Part shown: positions 55,136-64,000 of the stretch, in pieces
How positions within the stretch are numbered: position 1 is the first letter of the stretch
How the letters are laid out: each line of letters starts with the position of its first letter
Source: Elsinoe ampelina
Lineage: Eukaryota
Reading direction: 5' to 3'
Length of the DNA stretch: 64,000 nucleotides
NCBI GenBank assembly: GCA_010093995.1
Contig: ML992514.1
Location: 62,001 to 126,000 of the forward strand
Program-made: the position numbers and the translations under genes
The notes under the pieces: generated by a model
The model's database searches: none
What the model was told of the DNA's origin: nothing
Seen by the model: the letters and a program-made list of their open reading frames with translations, nothing else

Positions 55136-57890
55136 ATGTCTTCCAGCTCGCGCTCACCCAATGCCCCGATCCACAACAGCTCGAGCTACCCCAACCCAGA
55201 CCAAACTCAAATCAACAGAGGCTACGGCGCACAGATGACACCCACCACTTCCACCGACGCCCAAGACTACGGAGCCGATACCCGTCCTACTACCGCACAA
55301 AGCTACGATTCCAATAAGGTCAATTCGTCCTACGCGATGGAAAACTCGGGCGGCTTGTCGCGGTCTGCATCGCGGGCCTCGACAACAGCTGGTGATGGCG
55401 TGTCGAGGAGCAACACGTTGAAGAAGCGTAACAGCTTGAGCCGGAGGAGCTCTTTGAAGCGTAGTGGGAGCAGGAAGAGTTTGAGGGCGGGTAGTATCAA
55501 GGGTGTTGTGGTCGGCGAGGAGGAGCAGGACAAGGACTACAACAGTGCTTTCCATACCCCTATCCCTACGCATGGGTCGCCGACGGATGTGCTCGCGAAC
55601 AGGTTCCAAGGTAAGTTGGCCTCACAGAAAGGGAGTTTCAAGGGACTGACGATGAATAGCATGGCGATCATTCCTGAAAGGACTCATCACCTATTTCCGC
55701 GAGATCCAGACATCCTACGAAGCACGGTCGAAAGCGATCATGAAAGTCTCCAACACAATCTCGAATACTCAAGCCCCATCAGTCTTCATGTCGGATGGAG
55801 GGTTAAACGACGCGAGCAGAATACTAGGCGACTACCACAAGCATGCGCTCAGCGAGGCGAACAAGGCAAAGGATATCGAGCAGGATGTCATCCAGGCGCT
55901 CAATGGACTTCGTGCAGATCTGGGCGCGAAGATCAAGGAGATCAAGAGCTTGCATGGAGACTTTAAGAACTCGGTCGAGAAGGAGAAGGAGGGTACGAGA
56001 AAGGCGATTGCGGCGCTAGATGAGGCCTTGCAGCATTATGATCATCATGATGGGCAGGATAAGGGAAGGAATGACCCGTTCATCGTGAGGTTGAACGTTG
56101 ATCGGTTTGTGGAGAGGCAGATCGACGAGGAGAACTACTTGCATCGGGTAAGGAGTGTGATCGCATGGATGGGGCTGGCAACTGACAGCGATAGGCATAT
56201 CTCAACCTCGAGAGCTCAGGACGTGAGCTGGAGTCAATCGTTGTCGGTGAGATTCAAAAAGCTTACAATGCGTATGCGGGAATCCTCAAGCGGGAGGCCG
56301 ATGATGCATACAACACCGTGGATCTCCTAAGAACTGGACCAGTCGCGATGCAGAAGGACTTTGAGTGGAATCATTTCGTCAACTCTGACCCGCACCTGGT
56401 CAATCCAGAAATGCCACTGCGCAACGTTCAGGATATCGAGTACCCTGGCAAGTACCACCCTGCAGCCGCTGAGATCAGGGCTGGTATGCTCGAGCGCAAG
56501 AGCAAGTACCTCAAAAGCTACACAGCTGGGTGGTACGTGCTATCGCCTACGCACCTCCACGAGTTCAAGTCGGCCGACAACATCTACTCGCAGCCTCCAG
56601 TCATGTCACTCTATCTTGGTGAGCAGAAGCTCGGCTCGCACTCTCAGCTAGGATCAAGTTCGCATAAATTCATGCTCAAGGGCAAACAAGCAGGTAGCAT
56701 GCACCGAGGGCACTCTTGGGTCTTCCGTGCCGAGTCACATGAGACGATGCTTGCTTGGTTCGAGGCGATCAAGAATCTCACCGAGAGGACTGGCGCTGAC
56801 AAGGCAGAATACGTCAGGAAGCACTCTCGTAGCGTCAGTGGCAACTCTGCACGTGCTATGAGTATTTCGTCAGATGGCATGATGGATGAGGATGAGGCCG
56901 ACCAAGTGCCGTATGCTGCTAGCATCAACAGCACGCAGCTGAATGACCCACCACAGCAGCAGAGGCCTCAAAGACCTCAACCAGGTGCGTACGTCTGCCC
57001 CCTTTTATGCTTTTCCACTGAAGAAAGAATCCTGCTGACATATTACAGGTGGCCGATTCCCATCCGATCTAGCGTTGCCGCGTAGGGATCTCGCTCTCTC
57101 CGACTATTCATCCGATCCGGAGCAAGATACAGTACAGAGCCATAATATCGGATCACACCTGCAGGAACGTACACCAAAGACACCGCAGCAGGATCCAACC
57201 TCGTACGACGGCTATGATGCCAATCCTTACACACTGCGAGGCGTGGCTACACACGAAAGTAGCCCTGCTCAGCAGAGGGAACGAGTCGCCTCAGATGCTC
57301 CGCTACCAGTGCCAACTCAAAGCCATCAGAACAACTACGCCAGTGCTCATGATGGCCAGCGAGAGCAGTACCCTGAGCCAACTGTCTCACAACCCAGCGA
57401 GTCACATCCGGCGAACTCTGTCCCGACACAGACCTTTGTTCTTCCGTTGCGTTCTGAGGCTCCAACGCACCAGGTACAGCCGACTGGACCAGAACCTGCT
57501 GTCACACAGCTCCCGCCCCAAGAACTAGAGCCACCAAAGCGCCTGTCGACCGAAGACAGGCACAACAGCTCCTATGGTGACTGGATGGCCCCCACTGCCG
57601 CCGGTGTTGCAGGAATGAGCCTTGGAGCAGCAGCTGCTCAAAGTCATCTGAGCCCTGGAGAGTCCAGAGAGCCAACAAGTCGCTTCTCGACCTCTACACA
57701 GCCGTCAGTCCTGACGACCGACACAGAGCTGACAGACAATTCGGCACCGTTTGGTACTGGCGTGAGCAATAAGACGATCGACCACAAACCGAAGCAGCCC
57801 ATGACACGCCAGAATACGGATTACAGCGTCAGTGCTTTGCATGTTCCTGGCGAGTTTCCTAAGTCGACAGATAAAGGTGCAAAGGCATGA
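55136..57890 (+). CDS. Slm1-like BAR-PH domain protein; 4 exons (introns 55611-55659, 56148-56194, 56985-57048)
   Basis: PTDVLANRFQ-AWR, KIKEIKSLHGDFKN, DEENYLHR-AYLNLESSG, PH domain GMLERKSKYLKSYTAGWYVLSPTHLHEFKS and WVFRAES. Confidence 0.88.
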
Positions 57891-58189
57891 TTTAGGATAT
57901 TGGAAGGCTGGGCATGGATTGTGCAGGACTTGTTTTTGGTTGATTCCCACGCTGCTGGTTGTAGCAATTGAAAGGATTCTCAAGATAGAACATGATCGCG
58001 GCCGTCTCGTTACAAAACTTGGTGTGTTGAATGGTACTTCGTTTGAAGGGGACAACCTCGTCTAGTCCTCTGTGGCAAATCCTACATATAGTCTACCCCT
58101 AGCAGACTGTGATGACGCCTTGCTTTTGCAAGCTCCGAGTGCTTGCCATCCGTGAACGCCAGAACACCAATGCCATGTCAATCATCCCT

Positions 58190-58878
58190 CTAGTAGCCCC
58201 TGCCTCTGCCACGGCCTCCTCCCCTTGAGAACCCACCACTTCCGCCCCTGCCACCGAAACTGCCGCCTCCTCTCGAGAATCCTCCACCCCTACCACCACC
58301 GAACCCCCCTCCCCTACCAGGTGGTCCACCCCTCCCTCTCGGCGCACCCCTCCCACCACGCGAAAACCCGCCCCTCGCTCCGCCCCTTGCACCACCCCTT
58401 CCTCCAGCGCCCGCGGGCTTCTTCACCTTCGCCGCACCCGGCGCCGGCTTCGGCTTCGGCAAGAACCTATCCACACGCATTAGTCTCTCATATCCGCCCA
58501 ACCTTTCAACCCAACAACTCACCTCTCCAAAGGCAACAACTTATCCCCACCAATAAACACCTTATCCCCCGCCTTGAAACTCCCCGCCACGATCCCCTCC
58601 TGCGGCTTGACCGTGAAATAAACCTGGTTCAACGGGCCCAAAATCTCATCCACCTTGCCGATCTGCGTCTTGTTCTCGAGGAAAATCGGGGCGTTGAAGT
58701 ACGGGATCTTCGGGTTGATGGATTCGCAGACCATTTCCCCCTCGCAGGCGTGCAGGAAGGTGCCCATGGGGAGTACGCTGGCCGGGGGCCCAGAGGGCGT
58801 GAAGGATCCCCCGTAGCTGCCTCGTCCGCCGCCGCGTGAGAAGCCGCCGCGGGAAGCGCCGCCGCCGCGGAAGGACAT
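58190..58878 (-). CDS. GAR1: H/ACA snoRNP subunit Gar1; 2 exons (intron 58467-58522)
   Basis: RGG arms flank [58 protein letters not shown]. Confidence 0.95.
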
Positions 58879-59264
58879 GGTGGTGGGCGCTTGGGAGGTA
58901 GCTTGTGGGAGGAAGTTAGCGGATGGGTGAACGTTGAATGCGCGGTCGTCAGTGAGCGTCGGCAGCAGTCGTCGCGGCAGCAGAGGTCGTTGTGGTTCGA
59001 GCTGGGAATTTTCTCCAGAATTTCCTACAGGACAGTCAAGCGGCGGGCAGCTCCGATCGGGCCTAGCGCGCCAAGACTTGCGTCCCACGAGCGCTGAAAT
59101 TCCACTTTACAGTCTCGCGACTCCATATCGAGATTCTTTTTTACACCACCAATCATCACTTTGCCGGAGCCCATTCTCGTCTCCGAGTCGTGATTGGAAA
59201 CCTTTTCCCCCTTCACACGCAACAACCCAACCCATCAACTCCGCTCCCCGGGAAATCCGCAACC

Positions 59265-59873
59265 ATGTCCTACAACGACGCCAAAAAAGCCCCCCTCGAC
59301 GCCCCCAAGATCCACAAGATCCGCATCACCCTCACTTCCCGCAAGGTCCAGTCGCTCGAGAAGGTGTGCACCGAGCTGATCGACCGCGCAAAGGGCAAGG
59401 ACTTGCGCGTCAAGGGACCCGTCAGGCTGCCGACCAAGGTGTTGAAGATTTCGACCAGGAAGACGCCCAACGGTGAGGGTTCCAAGACGTGGGATATGTT
59501 TGAGATGAGGATTCATAAGAGGTTGATTGAGTGAGTACTTCCCCTTTTGCAAGAGTGTTTTGGGTTTTGGTGGGGGGGGGGAGGGACGGGAGACGGGGGG
59601 GTAGAGAAGGTGAATGGAGAGAGGAAAGGGAACAGGGGAGAGGGAAGGGAGGTTAGATGGATCAGAAGAGGTGGCGATGGAGATCCGAAGAGTTCCCAGT
59701 GATATGAGAGAAGAGGAGGAGTATAGGCATACTAGGAGATGGCAGAACGAAGACGAAGCGAGAGAGATCATGCACTGACACTCTACAGCCTGAACGCCCC
59801 TACCGAGGTCGTCAAGCAGATCATCATCAACATCGAGGCCGGTGTCGAGGTCGAGGTCACCATCGCTGCTTAA
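59265..59873 (+). CDS. RPS20: 40S ribosomal protein S20 (uS10); 2 exons (intron 59531-59788)
   Basis: [42 protein letters not shown] and [18 protein letters not shown]. Confidence 0.97.
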
Positions 59874-60078
59874 ATGCAGGTCTGATGTGGTCAAGGTCGA
59901 GAAACGAAACGGCGTCCGCAGATCGCCAGGAACGAAGGAAAGGTCATGTAGCAGCTCGTCAATCAATTTCCTGCTACCTGCAAGATTTGTTCTATGCCTT
60001 GTGCTATGCTTGCCTCGCATATGTCGATATCGTACAATAGCCGCTCTACTGTTCCCACTTCTTGTCTGCCACGCCCCA

Positions 60079-61392
60079 TTACTTGTAGAAGTCGAACTTG
60101 TCCGCTTCGCTTCCGCCCTTGACCTGGCTGGTGTATGCGTCCTCCAAATCTTGCTGGATGATGTTGTACCTGTTCTTCCTCACTGCTCTCAGGCCCGCCT
60201 CTTGCATGATCGCTGCGATTACAGCACCACTCAAGGGATCGTTCCTCACGATCAAGCTATCCATGTCCACCTCCGGGCTCAAACTCATCTTGCCGGCGAT
60301 CGTGCTGAAGATCAGGCGCCTCTCCCTTCTGTCTCTGAGCGAGGGGAACTCGATCTTCCTGTCCAGGCGTCCAGGGCGTAGGAGTGCAGGGTCGAGCGTG
60401 TCCGCACGATTCGTTGCCATGATGACCTTGACATTCGAAGTCTGATCGAATCCGTCCATCTGGTTAAGCAGTTCAAGAAGAATACGTTGCACTTCTCTGT
60501 CTGCACCGGTCTGCGCGTCGAAACGTTTTGTTGCAATGGCGTCAATCTCGTCGATGAAGATGATGGCTGGGCTGTTCTCGCGGGCCATGCGGAAGACGTC
60601 ACGAACCATTCGAGGACCTTCGCCGAGGTACTTCTGCACGAACTCTGAGCCAACGACACGGATGAAAGACGCGGTGGTGCTGTTCGCGACGGCTTTGACA
60701 AGCATGGTCTTGCCGGTTCCTGGAGGACCATACAGAAGGACACCACGTGGAGGATCGATACCTGGGGAACATTAGCCTGTGGATGCGAGTAGCGGATTGA
60801 AATGCGTACCGATTTGATGGTAGAGGTCGAAATGTGTAAGTGGTAGCTCCACAGCCTCTCGGATTTCCTGCTTCTGCATGTCGAGACCACCAACATCCGC
60901 GTACGAGACATCTGGCTTCTCGTCCGCGCCCAGCATCGCAATCGTAGAGTCCGACTCGGGAGGAAGAATATCGACAAGAGAGTTGGAGTGTCTGTGGAGC
61001 GCTACTGACGACGAAGGCTTGAGCAGTTCGCGGTCCAGGGTGGAAAGAATGCGGACAACGTAATTTGATCCTGTGGATGATTGCACGATACCGGTATTCT
61101 GATCGATGGCTTCCATGAACTGTCCGATCACCAAGGGTACACTCTGTATCCTCTTGATCTCCTCCTGTGCCCTGACAAGCTCGCGCTTGAGACTTCGCTG
61201 CTCATCCTTGATGTACTCCTCTTGCAGATTGATGTATTCCAGTTGTCTTTGGAGTCGCTTGAACTGCTGATATTGATCATCTGTGTCCTGCCCGAATCCT
61301 TCTAATGAGTCGATGTTCGGTATCGATGAAGGGAGCTGCTTCTTGTGAGGCGCGGGAATGTTGACGGGATTCTCGACGGCGGCGTCCGCCAT
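60079..61392 (-). CDS. RPT3: 26S proteasome AAA ATPase Rpt3; 2 exons (intron 60762-60809)
   Basis: [18 protein letters not shown], Walker [32 protein letters not shown] and C-terminal DFYK. Confidence 0.97.
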
Positions 61393-61633
61393 GTTGCAAG
61401 ATTGTAAGTCTGCTTTTTTTGCTTCGTGTCTCCTTGTTATGATCAGAAATCCTTGATACGGCTGGATGACTTTGCGATTTGAGCTATAGATGGAGGTCAG
61501 GTGAGTGATGAAGTTGTGGAAGATCGATGCGGCTTGACGATCCCGAAGCTTCGATTGTCCGAGCTTCGTTGCGGCAGCTCGTCACGTGCAAGACAATTCA
61601 TGGTGACCTTAACAAACTCACTCGCGTCTCATG

Positions 61634-61684
61634 CTACAATGGCATGAGCTCTACAATGGTATGAGCTCTACAATGGCATGAGCT
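61634..61684. repeat. 17-bp tandem repeat x3 (CTACAATGGYATGAGCT)
   Basis: Three consecutive units with one C/T difference, about 240-290 bp upstream of RPT3. Confidence 0.95.
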
Positions 61685-61817
61685 CAACTTGCAGCTATAC
61701 AGAGGTGTGGCGGCGTCAGAATTTGAGTCATGCTCATCGGCCGAATTGTGGCGCAAGATTTCCGGTGTTAACACATCATCTCTCGACTTTTGATTGTACA
61801 TGTGGGCGGCAGGACTT

Positions 61818-62669
61818 CTATTTGCCCTTCTTTACCCAGTCTTCTACCTTCTCGCGAGCTTCCGTCACTTTCTCCTCGGCCATGCCAATGCCCATCTTGC
61901 TGTGTGCGATTCCAGTCTGCACAAAGTATGAAACGCGCTCCTTTACCCTTAAGTGGCTGTCGCGGATGACAGGATACTTCTCCTCGTACTTCCAGATCAG
62001 ATCTCCGACATTCCTCGTCGTGATTGGCAGAGCGTAGTACGAGGTCGTGACGCCTGCCGCAAGTGGCACTGTTGCCCGGAGTAAAATGTTCCGATTTCTT
62101 GTGATGATGGATCCAGCCATAGCAGCTACTAGCACGTATACCGCTCCTGGTAACACTCTTTCGTTCGAACCTTTCGGTGGTGCCAGAGAGGCGATTGTTG
62201 ATGTAAAGTCTGACTCGAGCTGGAGGAATCGGGTCATCGTATTGTTGACACCGTCTTCTGCCTTGACGGCATATTTGTGGAGGAAGAGCCTTGTCTCCTT
62301 GACTTGTGCGGCAAGCCTGTCTGTTGGCGAAGGTCTTGAAGGGTTAGGTGGGACAGGTGAGGTAGTCGCTATAGTAGTGTCGTGAATGTCTTGAGGCGTC
62401 GCGCGAGCATCGGCAGGAACATCGTAGATAGGTTTTCGCTGCATGAAATCAGTGTATGAACACTTCCAGAAATCCATTTGAAGCTCACTGAGGATCGAAC
62501 GTCTTCTAGGGTCTCGGCGAAGAGAGACCTCTTAGGATACAGTGCCAGTCCAGTGCTGAGGACTACCAGCGGCACAGCGCGCTACAATCACAGCGTCAGC
62601 CCAATTGCCCTCGCCAATCACGATCAGCACTTCGCGACTCACCCGCCGTAATGTTGGAGCAAATGCCAT
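61818..62669 (-). CDS. MICOS subunit Mic26/Mic27 (apolipoprotein O family); 3 exons (introns 62582-62642, 62439-62488)
   Basis: RKPIYD, PTDRLAAQV..RLFL and LPGAVYVLVAAMAGSIITRNRNILLRATVPLA..LPITTRNVGDLIW. Confidence 0.85.
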
Positions 62670-62848
62670 CCTGAGGAGTGGATGGTAGGTGGTCGAGAGC
62701 AGCTTCATGAAATTGTCGTCGGAAACAGCAACTTCTCGCCGACGTCCGGGATCTCAATGCCAAGCCAATGTCATCAAATATGGCATGTGAAAGCTTGACC
62801 ACAAATTGTTCATCACTGTCAGCCAAGTCTGATTCTGGATTTGAGGAT

Positions 62849-64000
62849 ATGAAGCGGCTCGTGCGACCACGCTGGGTATGTCAGACATGCCAGGTCGCTC
62901 AGAGACGAACTTTCTCGCGACGAGCCGTCGCCACTGCGGCGGCAGCAGCGATACCACAATCCATCTTCCCTACGACATTTGCCGATCCGAAAAATCGACA
63001 GGACGATGACATTCTTCGTCAGATCTTCGACTCGCCATCTGCTTGGAGGGACTTTGCAGCGCGCTCAAAAGCCTTGAACGATGGCCGCCCTGCTGGCCTT
63101 TTCAGGAACAGGTACTTGACGAAGCCGGCAGGATTCGAAAAGTATGCAACTTCGACACTCTCGAAATGCAAGAAGCTCGTCTCTAGGATCGCCGGGTACG
63201 ATACAATCCAGCAATACAAGGGTATTGTCAAAGATCTCGACCGACTCAGCGATCTGCTCTGCCGAGTCATTGACCTTTGCGAGTTTGTGCGTTCCACTCA
63301 TCCTGATAGAGCGATCCAAGCCGCGGCGACACAGGCGTATCTTATGATGTTCCAGTACATGAACGTACTCAACACAACACCCGTGTTGCACGAGCAGCTT
63401 CAAAAGGCTCTATCCATGCCTGAAGTGACTTCTTCTTGGACAGAACAAGAGAAAGTGGTGGCGAACATTCTTGCCAGGGACTTCTCCAAATCTGCCATTG
63501 ATCTGCCGGAAGGTGATCGCCAGTCCTTTGTCGAACTGTCAGACTCGGTAAGCCAGGTCGGGTCGCAATTCATGGATGAAATGGAGCCGGCAAAGTCAGT
63601 CATAGAGCTGCCTAGTAGCAAGCTCAAAGGTATGGATCCAATGATCGTCCGGCAGCTGACACGCTGGGGTTCTGTGTCACTTCCTACGGCAGGGATGCCT
63701 GCTAATCTCGCGCTGCGAACTGTGGAGGATCCAGATGTGCGACGCGAGATTTATATGGCCAATCGTACGGCATCCAAGGATAGCGTACGGAGACTGGAAC
63801 AAATGCTCGAGGAGAGGAGCCAGCTAGCACATTTGTCTGGATTCGACTCATTTGGACATCTAACATTAGCTGATAAGATGGCAAAGACGCCGGAAGCCGT
63901 GAACAAGTTTCTCAAGGCACTGCACGAGCAAAATCAAACACAGTCAAAAGCAGAGCTCCAGGATTTGCTCGAACTGAAGCGCTCTGATGCGAGAGCGAAC
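62849..64000 (+). CDS. OCT1: Mitochondrial intermediate peptidase (M3 family), 5' part; runs off the window
   Basis: Absent from the ORF track because there is no stop. My translation gives MKRLVRPRWVCQTC, DDILRQIFDS, GLFRNRYL, LDRLSDLLCRVIDLCEFVRSTHPD, YMNVLNTT and LADKMAKTPEAV. Confidence 0.9.
   Translation, partial: MKRLVRPRWVCQTCQVAQRRTFSRRAVATAAAAAIPQSIFPTTFADPKNRQDDDILRQIFDSPSAWRDFAARSKALNDGRPAGLFRNRYLTKPAGFEKYATSTLSKCKKLVSRIAGYDTIQQYKGIVKDLDRLSDLLCRVIDLCEFVRSTHPDRAIQAAATQAYLMMFQYMNVLNTTPVLHEQLQKALSMPEVTSSWTEQEKVVANILARDFSKSAIDLPEGDRQSFVELSDSVSQVGSQFMDEMEPAKSVIELPSSKLKGMDPMIVRQLTRWGSVSLPTAGMPANLALRTVEDPDVRREIYMANRTASKDSVRRLEQMLEERSQLAHLSGFDSFGHLTLADKMAKTPEAVNKFLKALHEQNQTQSKAELQDLLELKRSDARAN

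Noticed and set aside
59531..59788. Intronic C/D snoRNA in RPS20
   Set aside because: No RTGATGA box C found, and the only late CTGA belongs to the branch site.

Overview
Eukaryotic DNA from a compact, gene-dense filamentous ascomycete genome (GT-AG introns of about 47-68 nt with CTRAC-type branch sites; the species cannot be determined from the sequence). About 22 protein-coding genes are present, mostly housekeeping: DNA ligase 3' end, ThrRS, CUE3/ASCC2-like, SEC14, RMI1, VPS51, DAM1, CSR1-like, a Ras-like GTPase, acrB-like, CCR4, SLM1-like, GAR1, RPS20, RPT3, MIC26/27 and the OCT1 5' part. Two AT-rich, ORF-free islands are RIP-mutated transposons that can be resolved to the base. (1) 6860-20292 is a three-level nest: a pogo/Fot1-type DD35D DNA transposon contains a Copia element, whose 3' LTR contains a second Copia element. 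(2) 42329-47621 is another copy of the innermost Copia family, with an assembly gap. The most notable observations are a probable 1-nt micro-exon in a thioesterase gene, a perfectly polar RIP pattern between paired LTRs, patchwork divergence between the two sibling Copia copies, an unusually long pogo transposase, and a recurrent C-rich 5' / G-rich 3' sense-strand skew in several genes. I found no convincing wholly new multi-gene system. Gene calls come from motif recognition, not database searches, and splice sites were read by eye.
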